64,000 nt of DNA from Gordius albopunctatus (Eukaryota), in NCBI GenBank assembly GCA_964276515.1, contig OZ193909.1, forward strand, positions 10,044,001 to 10,108,000, read 5' to 3'. Each line of letters begins with the position of its first letter. Position 1 is the first letter of the stretch. Positions 13,401-26,700 of the stretch are shown here, piece by piece. A program made the position numbers and the translations under genes. The notes below the pieces were generated by a model that saw nothing but the letters and a program-made list of their open reading frames with translations, had not been told where the DNA came from and searched no databases.

Positions 13401-15690
13401 TAATGGAAATAATTTTAAATATTTTGAGCTGAAAAATATTATTTTTGTTATTTTGTGTAAAAGAGCTTGAAAAAATATATAAAAGTAAGCTAATTTGAGA
13501 TTCCTATTAATCTCGATCGACTCCTTATAAGAAGTTTTAAGCTGCGAGAACTATCATTTTGAGGAAAGACAACGTTATATTGTTGCGATTAGTTTGTTTC
13601 ATCGCGACGATAGTGCTGAATTTTTGAAACATGCTATATGCGATGATTATTTCAAAGTAATAGTTATCTAATTGTGATAAATTTTTACTTCTTATCATGA
13701 AAATCACGTCTGAAAATAACAACTTTCATCGGATGAATATGGTTTAATGGAAATAATTTTAAATATTTTGAGCTGAAAAATATTATTTTTGTTATTTTGT
13801 GTAAAAGAGCTTGAAAAAATATATAAAAGTAAGCTAATTTGAGATTCCTATTAATCTCGATCGACTCCTTATAAGAAGTTTTAAGCTGCGAGAACTATCA
13901 TTTTGAGGAAAGACAACGTTATATTGTTGCGATTAGTTTGTTTCATCGCGACGATAGTGCTGAATTTTTGAAACATGCTATATGCGATGATTATTTCAAA
14001 GTAATAGTTATCTAATTGTGATAAATTTTTACTTCTTATCATGAAAATCACGTCTGAAAATAACAACTTTCATCGGATGAATATGGTTTAATGGAAATAA
14101 TTTTAAATATTTTGAGCTGAAAAATATTATTTTTGTTATTTTGTGTAAAAGAGCTTGAAAAAATATGTAAAAGTAAATAATTTGAGATTCATATTAATCT
14201 CGATCGACTCCTTATAAGAAGTTTTAATCTGCGAAAACTATCATTTTGAGGAAAGACAACGTTATATTGTTGCGATTAGTTTGTTTCATCGCGACGAGAG
14301 TGCTGAATTTTTGAAACATGCTATATGCGATGATTATTTCAAAGTAATAGTTATCTAATTGTGATAAATTTTTACTTCTTATCATGAAAATCACGTCTGA
14401 AAATAACAACTTTCATCGGATGAATATGGTTTAATGGAAATAATTTTAAATATTTTGAGCTGAAAAATATTATTTTTGTTATTTTGTGTAAAAGAGCTTG
14501 AAAAAATATATAAAAGTAAGCTAATTTGAGATTCCTATTAATCTCGATCGACTCCTTATAAGAAGTTTAAAGCTGCGAGAACTATCATTTTGAGGAAAGA
14601 CAACGTTATATTGTTGCGATTAGTTTGTTTCATCGCGACGAGACTGCTGAATTTTTGAAACATGCTATATGCGATGATTATTTCAAAGTAATAGTTATCT
14701 AATTGTGATAAATTTTTACTTCTTATCATGAAAATCACGTTAAAAAATAACAACTCTTATCGGATGAATATGGTTTAATGGAAATAATTTTAAATATTTT
14801 TAGCTAAAAAAATATTTTTTTTGTTATTTTATGTAAAAGAGCTTGAAAAAATATATAAAAGTAAGCTAATTTGAGATTCCTATTAATCTCGATCGACTCC
14901 TTATAAGAAGTTTTAATCTGCGAAAACTATCATTTTGAGGAAAGACAACGTTATGTTGTTGCGATTAGTTTGTTTCATCGCGACGAGAGTGCTGAATTTT
15001 TGAAACATGCTATATGCGATGATTATTTCAAAGTAATAGTTATCTAATTGTGATAAATTTTTACTTCTTATCATGAAAATCACGTTAAAAAATAACAACT
15101 CTTATCGGATGAATATGGTTTAATGGAAATAATTTTAAATATTTTTAGCTAAAAAAATATTTTTTTTGTTATTTTATGTAAAAGAGCTTGAAAAAATATA
15201 TAAAAGTAAGCTATCTTGAGATTCCTATTAATCTCGATCGACTCCTTATAAGAAGTTTAAAGCTGCGAGAACTATCATTTTGAGGAAAGACAACGTTATA
15301 TTGTTGCGATTAGTTTGTTTCATCGCGACGAGACTGCTGAATTTTTGAAACATGCTATATGCGATGATTATTTCAAAGTAATAGTTATCTAATTGTGATA
15401 AATTTTTACTTCTTATCATGGAATACACGTCTGAAAATAACAACTTTCATCGGATGAATATGGTTTAATGGAAATAATTTTAAATATTTTGAGCTGAAAA
15501 ATATATTTTTTGTTATTTTGTGTAAAAGAGCTTGAAAAAATATATAAAAGTATGCTAATTTGAGATTCATATTAATCTCGATCGACTCCTTATAATAAGT
15601 TTTAAGCTGCGAGAACTATCATTTTGAGGAAAGACAACGCTTTATTGTTGCGATTATCATCGCGACGAGAGTGCTGAATTTTTGAAACAT
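4430..15690. repeat. Higher-order block: 14-mer (4798 bp), a partial copy, then a second copy at offset 6512 bp (19 monomers)
   Basis: ORF variant series 4629/4962/5662/6681/7025/7369/7712/8044/8401/8734 repeats exactly at +6512 (11141 to 15246). 4629 and 4962 also recur at +4798 (9427, 9760). Confidence 0.9.
13521..13864. repeat. Representative long-type monomer (344 bp, contains GTTTGTT)
   Basis: Runs from CTCCTTATAAG at 13521 to just before the next CTCCTT. A hand count gives about 38 C and 56-57 G in 344 bp (~27% GC) and 11 CpG. Confidence 0.95.
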
Positions 15691-18600
15691 GCTATATGTG
15701 ATGATTATTTCAAAGTAATAGTTATCTAATTGTGATAAATTTTTACTTCTTATCATGAAAATCACGTCTGAAAATAACAACTTTCATCGGATGAATATGG
15801 TTTAATGGAAACAATTTTAAATATTTTTAGCTAAAAAAATATTTTTTTGTTTATTTATGTAAAAGAGCTTGAAAAAATATATAAAAGTAAGCTAATTTGA
15901 GATTCCTATTAATCTCGATCGACTCCTTATAAGAAGTTTAAAGCTGCGAGAACTATCATTTTGAGGAAAGACAACGTTATATTGTTGCGATTATCATCGC
16001 GACGATAGTGCTGAATTTTTGAAACATGCTATATGCGATGATTATTTCAAAGTAATAGTTATCTAATTGTGATAAATTTTTACTTCTTATCATGAAAATC
16101 ACGTCTGAAAATAACAACTTTCATCGGATGAATATGGTTTAATGGAAATAATTTTAAATATTTTGAGCTGAAAAATATATTTTTTGTTATTTTATGTAAA
16201 AGAGCTTGAAAAAATATATAAAAGTAAGCTAATTTGAGATTCCTATTAATCTCGATCGACTCCTTATAAGAAGTTTAAAGCTGCGAGAACTATCATTTTG
16301 AGGAAAGACAACGTTATATTGTTGCGATTAGTTTGTTTCATCGCGACGAGAGTGCTGAATTTTTGAAGCATGCTATATGCGATGATTATTTCAAAGTAAT
16401 AGTTATCTAATTGTGATAAATTTTTACTTCTTATCATGGAATACACGTCTGAAAATAACAACTTTCATCGGATGAATATGGTTTATTGCAAATAATTTTA
16501 AATATTTTGAGCTAAAAAACGATTTTTTTTGTTATTTTATGTAAAAGAGCTTGAAAAAATATGTAAAAGTAAGCTAATTTGAGATTCATATTAATCTCGA
16601 TCGACTCCTTATAAGAAGTTTAAAGCTGCGAGAACTATCATTTTGAGGAAAGTTAACGTTATATTGTTGCGATTAGTTTGTTTCATCGCGACGAGAGTGC
16701 TGAATTTTTGAAACATGCTATATGCGATGATTATTTCAAAGTAATATTTATCTAATTGTGATAAATTTTTACTTCTTATCATAGAATACACGTCTGAAAA
16801 TAACAACTTTCATCGGATGAATATGGTTTAATGGAAATAATTTTAAATATTTTGAGCTGAAAAATATTATTTTTGTTATTTTGTGTAAAAGAGCTTGAAA
16901 AAATATATAAAAGTATGCGAATTTGAGATTCCTATTAATCTCGATTGACTCCTTATAAGAAGTTTTAAGCTGCGAGAACTATCATTTTGAGGAAAGACAA
17001 CGTTATATTGTTGCGATTAGTTTGTTTCATCGCGACGAGAGTGCTGAATTTTTGAAACATGCTATATGCGATGATTATTTCAAAGTAATAGTTATCTAAT
17101 TGTGATAAATTTTAACTTCTTATCATGAAAATCACGTCTGAAAATAACAACTTTCATCGGATGAATATGGTTTAATGGAAATAATTTTAAATATTTTCAG
17201 CTAAAAAACGATATTTTTTGTTATTTTATGTAAAAGAGCTTGAAAAAATATATAAAAGTAAGCTAATTTGAAAATCCTATTAATCTCGATCGACTCCTTA
17301 TAATAAGTTTTAAGCTGCGAGAACTATCATTTTGAGGAAAGACAACGTTATATTGTTGCGATTATCATCGCGACGATAGTGCTGAATTTTTGAAACATGC
17401 TATATGCGATGATTATTTCAAAGTAATAGTTATCTAATTGTGATAAATTTTTACTTCTTATCATGAAAATCACGTCTGAAAATAACAACTTTCATCGGAT
17501 GAATATGGTTTAATGGAAATAATTTTAAATATTTTGAGCTGAAAAATATTATTTTTGTTATTTTGTGTAAAAGAGCTTGAAAAAATATATAAAAGTATGC
17601 TAATTTGAGATTCCTATTAATCTCGATCGACTCCTTATAAGAAGTTTTAAGCTGCGAGAACTATCATTTTGAGGAAAGACAACGTTATATTGTTGCGATT
17701 AGTTTGTTTCATCGCGACGATAGTGCTGAATTTTTGAAACATGCTATATGCGATGATTATTTCAAAGTAATAGTTATCTAATTGTGATAAATTTTAACTT
17801 CTTATCATGAAAATCACGTCTGAAAATAACAACTTTCATCGGATGAATATGGTTTAATGGAAATAATTTTAAATATTTTGAGCTAAAAAACGATATTTTT
17901 TGTTATTTTATGTAAAAGAGCTTGAAAAAATATATAAAAGTAAGCTAATTTGAAAATCCTATTAATCTCGATCGACTCCTTATAATAAGTTTTAAGCTGC
18001 GAGAACTATCATTTTGAGGAAAGACAACGTTATATTGTTGCGATTATCATCGCGACGATAGTGCTGAATTTTTGAAACATGCTATATGCGATGATTATTT
18101 CAAAGTAATAGTTATCTAATTGTGATAAATTTTTACTTCTTATCATGAAAATCACGTCTGAAAATAACAACTTTCATCGGATGAATATGGTTTAATGGAA
18201 ATAATTTTAAATATTTTGAGCTGAAAAATATTATTTTTGTTATTTTGTGTAAAAGAGCTTGAAAAAATATGTAAAAGTAAGCTAATTTGAGATTCATATT
18301 AATCTCGATCGACTCCTTATAAGAAGTTTAAAGCTGCGAGAACTATCATTTTGAGGAAAGTTAACGTTATATTGTTGCGATTAGTTTGTTTCATCGCGAC
18401 GAGAGTGCTGAATTTTTGAAACATGCTATATGCGATGATTATTTCAAAGTAATATTTATCTAATTGTGATAAATTTTTACTTCTTATCATAGAATACACG
18501 TCTGAAAATAACAACTTTCATCGGATGAATATGGTTTAATGGAAATAATTTTAAATATTTTGAGCTGAAAAATATATTTTTAGTTATTTTGTGTAAAAGA

Positions 18601-21600
18601 GCTTGAAAAAATATATAAAAGTATGCTAATTTGAGATTCCTATTAATCTCGATCGACTCCTTATAAGAAGTTTTAATCTGCGAAAACTATCATTTTGAGG
18701 AAAGACAACGTTATATTGTTGCGATTAGTTTGTTTCATCGCGACGAGAGTGCTGAATTTTTGAAACATGCTATATGCGATGATTATTTCAAAGTAATAGT
18801 TATCTAATTGTGATAAATTTTTACTTCTTATCATGAAAATCACGTCTGAAAATAACAACTTTCATCGGATGAATATGGTTTAATGGAAATAATTTTAAAT
18901 ATTTTGAGCTAAAAAACGATATTTTTTGTTATTTTATGTAAAAGAGCTTGAAAAAATATATAAAAGTAAGCTAATTTGAAAATCCTATTAATCTCGATCG
19001 ACTCCTTATAATAAGTTTTAAGCTGCGAGAACTATCATTTTGAGGAAAGACAACGTTATATTGTTGCGATTATCATCGCGACGATAGTGCTGAATTTTTG
19101 AAACATGCTATATGCGATGATTATTTCAAAGTAATAGTTATCTAATTGTGATAAATTTTTACTTCTTATCATGAAAATCACGTCTGAAAATAACAACTTT
19201 CATCGGATGAATATGGTTTAATGGAAATAATTTTAAATATTTTGAGCTGAAAAATATTATTTTTGTTATTTTGTGTAAAAGAGCTTGAAAAAATATATAA
19301 AAGTAAGCTAATTTGAGATTCCTATTAATCTCGATCGACTCCTTATAAGAAGTTTTAAGCTGCGAGAACTATCATTTTGAGGAAAGACAACGTTATATTG
19401 TTGCGATTAGTTTGTTTCATCGCGACGATAGTGCTGAATTTTTGAAACATGCTATATGCGATGATTATTTCAAAGTAATAGTTATCTAATTGTGATAAAT
19501 TTTTACTTCTTATCATGAAAATCACGTCTGAAAATAACAACTTTCATCGGATGAATATGGTTTAATGGAAATAATTTTAAATATTTTGAGCTGAAAAATA
19601 TTATTTTTGTTATTTTGTGTAAAAGAGCTTGAAAAAATATGTAAAAGTAAATAATTTGAGATTCATATTAATCTCGATCGACTCCTTATAAGAAGTTTTA
19701 ATCTGCGAAAACTATCATTTTGAGGAAAGACAACGTTATATTGTTGCGATTAGTTTGTTTCATCGCGACGAGAGTGCTGAATTTTTGAAACATGCTATAT
19801 GCGATGATTATTTCAAAGTAATAGTTATCTAATTGTGATAAATTTTTACTTCTTATCATGAAAATCACGTCTGAAAATAACAACTTTCATCGGATGAATA
19901 TGGTTTAATGGAAATAATTTTAAATATTTTGAGCTGAAAAATATTATTTTTGTTATTTTGTGTAAAAGAGCTTGAAAAAATATATAAAAGTAAGCTAATT
20001 TGAGATTCCTATTAATCTCGATCGACTCCTTATAAGAAGTTTAAAGCTGCGAGAACTATCATTTTGAGGAAAGACAACGTTATATTGTTGCGATTAGTTT
20101 GTTTCATCGCGACGAGACTGCTGAATTTTTGAAACATGCTATATGCGATGATTATTTCAAAGTAATAGTTATCTAATTGTGATAAATTTTTACTTCTTAT
20201 CATGAAAATCACGTTAAAAAATAACAACTCTTATCGGATGAATATGGTTTAATGGAAATAATTTTAAATATTTTTAGCTAAAAAAATATTTTTTTTGTTA
20301 TTTTATGTAAAAGAGCTTGAAAAAATATATAAAAGTAAGCTAATTTGAGATTCCTATTAATCTCGATCGACTCCTTATAAGAAGTTTTAATCTGCGAAAA
20401 CTATCATTTTGAGGAAAGACAACGTTATGTTGTTGCGATTAGTTTGTTTCATCGCGACGAGAGTGCTGAATTTTTGAAACATGCTATATGCGATGATTAT
20501 TTCAAAGTAATAGTTATCTAATTGTGATAAATTTTTACTTCTTATCATGAAAATCACGTTAAAAAATAACAACTCTTATCGGATGAATATGGTTTAATGG
20601 AAATAATTTTAAATATTTTTAGCTAAAAAAATATTTTTTTTGTTATTTTATGTAAAAGAGCTTGAAAAAATATATAAAAGTAAGCTATCTTGAGATTCCT
20701 ATTAATCTCGATCGACTCCTTATAAGAAGTTTAAAGCTGCGAGAACTATCATTTTGAGGAAAGACAACGTTATATTGTTGCGATTAGTTTGTTTCATCGC
20801 GACGAGACTGCTGAATTTTTGAAACATGCTATATGCGATGATTATTTCAAAGTAATAGTTATCTAATTGTGATAAATTTTTACTTCTTATCATGGAATAC
20901 ACGTCTGAAAATAACAACTTTCATCGGATGAATATGGTTTAATGGAAATAATTTTAAATATTTTGAGCTGAAAAATATATTTTTTGTTATTTTGTGTAAA
21001 AGAGCTTGAAAAAATATATAAAAGTATGCTAATTTGAGATTCATATTAATCTCGATCGACTCCTTATAATAAGTTTTAAGCTGCGAGAACTATCATTTTG
21101 AGGAAAGACAACGCTTTATTGTTGCGATTATCATCGCGACGAGAGTGCTGAATTTTTGAAACATGCTATATGTGATGATTATTTCAAAGTAATAGTTATC
21201 TAATTGTGATAAATTTTTACTTCTTATCATGAAAATCACGTCTGAAAATAACAACTTTCATCGGATGAATATGGTTTAATGGAAACAATTTTAAATATTT
21301 TTAGCTAAAAAAATATTTTTTTGTTTATTTATGTAAAAGAGCTTGAAAAAATATATAAAAGTAAGCTAATTTGAGATTCCTATTAATCTCGATCGACTCC
21401 TTATAAGAAGTTTAAAGCTGCGAGAACTATCATTTTGAGGAAAGACAACGTTATATTGTTGCGATTATCATCGCGACGATAGTGCTGAATTTTTGAAACA
21501 TGCTATATGCGATGATTATTTCAAAGTAATAGTTATCTAATTGTGATAAATTTTTACTTCTTATCATGAAAATCACGTCTGAAAATAACAACTTTCATCG

Positions 21601-23790
21601 GATGAATATGGTTTAATGGAAATAATTTTAAATATTTTGAGCTGAAAAATATATTTTTTGTTATTTTATGTAAAAGAGCTTGAAAAAATATATAAAAGTA
21701 AGCTAATTTGAGATTCCTATTAATCTCGATCGACTCCTTATAAGAAGTTTAAAGCTGCGAGAACTATCATTTTGAGGAAAGACAACGTTATATTGTTGCG
21801 ATTAGTTTGTTTCATCGCGACGAGAGTGCTGAATTTTTGAAGCATGCTATATGCGATGATTATTTCAAAGTAATAGTTATCTAATTGTGATAAATTTTTA
21901 CTTCTTATCATGGAATACACGTCTGAAAATAACAACTTTCATCGGATGAATATGGTTTATTGCAAATAATTTTAAATATTTTGAGCTAAAAAACGATTTT
22001 TTTTGTTATTTTATGTAAAAGAGCTTGAAAAAATATGTAAAAGTAAGCTAATTTGAGATTCATATTAATCTCGATCGACTCCTTATAAGAAGTTTAAAGC
22101 TGCGAGAACTATCATTTTGAGGAAAGTTAACGTTATATTGTTGCGATTAGTTTGTTTCATCGCGACGAGAGTGCTGAATTTTTGAAACATGCTATATGCG
22201 ATGATTATTTCAAAGTAATATTTATCTAATTGTGATAAATTTTTACTTCTTATCATAGAATACACGTCTGAAAATAACAACTTTCATCGGATGAATATGG
22301 TTTAATGGAAATAATTTTAAATATTTTGAGCTGAAAAATATTATTTTTGTTATTTTGTGTAAAAGAGCTTGAAAAAATATATAAAAGTATGCGAATTTGA
22401 GATTCCTATTAATCTCGATTGACTCCTTATAAGAAGTTTTAAGCTGCGAGAACTATCATTTTGAGGAAAGACAACGTTATATTGTTGCGATTAGTTTGTT
22501 TCATCGCGACGAGAGTGCTGAATTTTTGAAACATGCTATATGCGATGATTATTTCAAAGTAATAGTTATCTAATTGTGATAAATTTTAACTTCTTATCAT
22601 GAAAATCACGTCTGAAAATAACAACTTTCATCGGATGAATATGGTTTAATGGAAATAATTTTAAATATTTTCAGCTAAAAAACGATATTTTTTGTTATTT
22701 TATGTAAAAGAGCTTGAAAAAATATATAAAAGTAAGCTAATTTGAAAATCCTATTAATCTCGATCGACTCCTTATAATAAGTTTTAAGCTGCGAGAACTA
22801 TCATTTTGAGGAAAGACAACGTTATATTGTTGCGATTATCATCGCGACGATAGTGCTGAATTTTTGAAACATGCTATATGCGATGATTATTTCAAAGTAA
22901 TAGTTATCTAATTGTGATAAATTTTTACTTCTTATCATGAAAATCACGTCTGAAAATAACAACTTTCATCGGATGAATATGGTTTAATGGAAATAATTTT
23001 AAATATTTTGAGCTGAAAAATATTATTTTTGTTATTTTGTGTAAAAGAGCTTGAAAAAATATATAAAAGTATGCTAATTTGAGATTCCTATTAATCTCGA
23101 TCGACTCCTTATAAGAAGTTTTAAGCTGCGAGAACTATCATTTTGAGGAAAGACAACGTTATATTGTTGCGATTAGTTTGTTTCATCGCGACGATAGTGC
23201 TGAATTTTTGAAACATGCTATATGCGATGATTATTTCAAAGTAATAGTTATCTAATTGTGATAAATTTTAACTTCTTATCATGAAAATCACGTCTGAAAA
23301 TAACAACTTTCATCGGATGAATATGGTTTAATGGAAATAATTTTAAATATTTTGAGCTAAAAAACGATATTTTTTGTTATTTTATGTAAAAGAGCTTGAA
23401 AAAATATATAAAAGTAAGCTAATTTGAAAATCCTATTAATCTCGATCGACTCCTTATAATAAGTTTTAAGCTGCGAGAACTATCATTTTGAGGAAAGACA
23501 ACGTTATATTGTTGCGATTATCATCGCGACGATAGTGCTGAATTTTTGAAACATGCTATATGCGATGATTATTTCAAAGTAATAGTTATCTAATTGTGAT
23601 AAATTTTTACTTCTTATCATGAAAATCACGTCTGAAAATAACAACTTTCATCGGATGAATATGGTTTAATGGAAATAATTTTAAATATTTTGAGCTGAAA
23701 AATATTATTTTTGTTATTTTGTGTAAAAGAGCTTGAAAAAATATGTAAAAGTAAGCTAATTTGAGATTCATATTAATCTCGATCGACTCC
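13600..23790. repeat. Higher-order duplication at 5474 bp (16 monomers): ~13600-18320 matches ~19075-23790
   Basis: ORFs 13881/14224/14556/14913/15246/16264/16609 recur at +5474. Shared rare variants include GTAAATAATTTG, TTATGTTGTT and ATTTTCAGCT (~17198 and ~22672). Confidence 0.9.
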
Positions 23791-26700
23791 TTATAAGAAG
23801 TTTTAATCTGCGAAAACTATCATTTTGAGGAAAGACAACGTTATATTGTTGCGATTAGTTTGTTTCATCGCGACGAGAGTGCTGAATTTTTGAAACATGC
23901 TATATGCGATGATTATTTCAAAGTAATAGTTATCTAATTGTGATAAATTTTTACTTCTTATCATGAAAATCACGTTAAAAAATAACAACTCTTATCGGAT
24001 GAATATGGTTTAATGGAAATAATTTTAAATATTTTTAGCTAAAAAAATATTTTTTTTGTTATTTTATGTAAAAGAGCTTGAAAAAATATATAAAAGTAAG
24101 CTAATTTGAGATTCCTATTAATCTCGATCGACTCCTTATAAGAAGTTTTAATCTGCGAAAACTATCATTTTGAGGAAAGACAACGTTATATTGTTGCGAT
24201 TAGTTTGTTTCATCGCGACGAGAGTGCTGAATTTTTGAAACATGCTATATGCGATGATTATTTCAAAGTAATAGTTATCTAATTGTGATAAATTTTTACT
24301 TCTTATCATGAAAATCACGTTAAAAAATAACAACTCTTATCGGATGAATATGGTTTAATGGAAATAATTTTAAATATTTTTAGCTAAAAAAATATTTTTT
24401 TTGTTATTTTATGTAAAAGAGCTTGAAAAAATATATAAAAGTAAGCTATCTTGAGATTCCTATTAATCTCGATCGACTCCTTATAAGAAGTTTAAAGCTG
24501 CGAGAACTATCATTTTGAGGAAAGACAACGTTATATTGTTGCGATTAGTTTGTTTCATCGCGACGAGAGTGCTGAATTTTTGAAACATGCCATATGCGAT
24601 GATTATTTCAAAGTAATAGTTATCTAATTGTGATAAATTTTTACTTCTTATCATGAAAATCACGTCTGAAAATAACAACTTTCATCGGATGAATATGGTT
24701 TAATGGAAATAATTTTAAATATTTTTAGCTAAAAAAATATTTTTTTTGTTATTTTATGTAAAAGAGCTTGAAAAAATATGTAAAAGTAAGCTAATTTGAG
24801 ATTCATATTAATCTCGATCGACTCCTTATAAGAAGTTTTAATCTGCGAAAACTATCATTTTGAGGAAAGACAACGTTATATTGTTGCGATTAGTTTGTTT
24901 CATCGCGACGAGAGTGCTGAATTTTTGAAGCATGCTATATGCGATGATTATTTCAAAGTAATAGTTATCTAATTGTGATAAATTTTTACTTCTTATCATG
25001 GAATACACGTCTGAAAATAACAACTTTCATCGGATGAATATGGTTTAATGGAAATAATTTTAAATATTTTGAGCTGAAAAATATATTTTTTGTTATTTTG
25101 TGTAAAAGAGCTTGAAAAAATATATAAAAGTATGCTAATTTGAGATTCATATTAATCTCGATCGACTCCTTATAATAAGTTTTAAGCTGCGAGAACTATC
25201 ATTTTGAGGAAAGACAACGCTTTATTGTTGCGATTATCATCGCGACGAGAGTGCTGAATTTTTGAAACATGCTATATGTGATGATTATTTCAAAGTAATA
25301 GTTATCTAATTGTGATAAATTTTTACTTCTTATCATGAAAATCACGTCTGAAAATAACAACTTTCATCGGATGAATATGGTTTAATGGAAATAATTTTAA
25401 ATATTTTGAGCTGAAAAATATTATTTTTGTTATTTTGTGTAAAAGAGCTTGAAAAAATATATAAAAGTAAGCTAATTTGAGATTCCTATTAATCTCGATC
25501 GACTCCTTATAAGAAGTTTAAAGCTGCGAGAACTATCATTTTGAGGAAAGACAACGTTATATTGTTGCGATTATCATCGCGACGATAGTGCTGAATTTTT
25601 GAAACATGCTATATGCGATGATTATTTCAAAGTAATAGTTATCTAATTGTGATAAATTTTTACTTCTTATCATGAAAATCACGTCTGAAAATAACAACTT
25701 TCATCGGATGAATATGGTTTAATGGAAATAATTTTAAATATTTTGAGCTGAAAAATATATTTTTTGTTATTTTATGTAAAAGAGCTTGAAAAAATATATA
25801 AAAGTAAGCTAATTTGAGATTCCTATTAATCTCGATCGACTCCTTATAAGAAGTTTAAAGCTGCGAGAACTATCATTTTGAGGAAAGACAACGTTATATT
25901 GTTGCGATTAGTTTGTTTCATCGCGACGAGAGTGCTGAATTTTTGAAGCATGCTATATGCGATGATTATTTCAAAGTAATAGTTATCTAATTGTGATAAA
26001 TTTTTACTTCTTATCATGGAATACACGTCTGAAAATAACAACTTTCATCGGATGAATATGGTTTATTGCAAATAATTTTAAATATTTTGAGCTAAAAAAC
26101 GATTTTTTTTGTTATTTTATGTAAAAGAGCTTGAAAAAATATGTAAAAGTAAGCTAATTTGAGATTCATATTAATCTCGATCGACTCCTTATAAGAAGTT
26201 TAAAGCTGCGAGAACTATCATTTTGAGGAAAGTTAACGTTATATTGTTGCGATTAGTTTGTTTCATCGCGACGAGAGTGCTGAATTTTTGAAACATGCTA
26301 TATGCGATGATTATTTCAAAGTAATATTTATCTAATTGTGATAAATTTTTACTTCTTATCATAGAATACACGTCTGAAAATAACAACTTTCATCGGATGA
26401 ATATGGTTTAATGGAAATAATTTTAAATATTTTGAGCTGAAAAATATTATTTTTGTTATTTTGTGTAAAAGAGCTTGAAAAAATATATAAAAGTATGCTA
26501 ATTTGAGATTCCTATTAATCTCGATCGACTCCTTATAAGAAGTTTTAAGCTGCGAGAACTATCATTTTGAGGAAAGACAACGTTATATTGTTGCGATTAG
26601 TTTGTTTCATCGCGACGAGAGTGCTGAATTTTTGAAACATGCTATATGCGATGATTATTTCAAAGTAATAGTTATCTAATTGTGATAAATTTTAACTTCT

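Noticed and set aside
13497..13612. Hairpins as bacterial terminators, or TATA-like words as promoters
   Set aside because: There is no gene context and no U-tract directly after a GC-rich stem. TATA-like words are expected by chance at ~73% AT.
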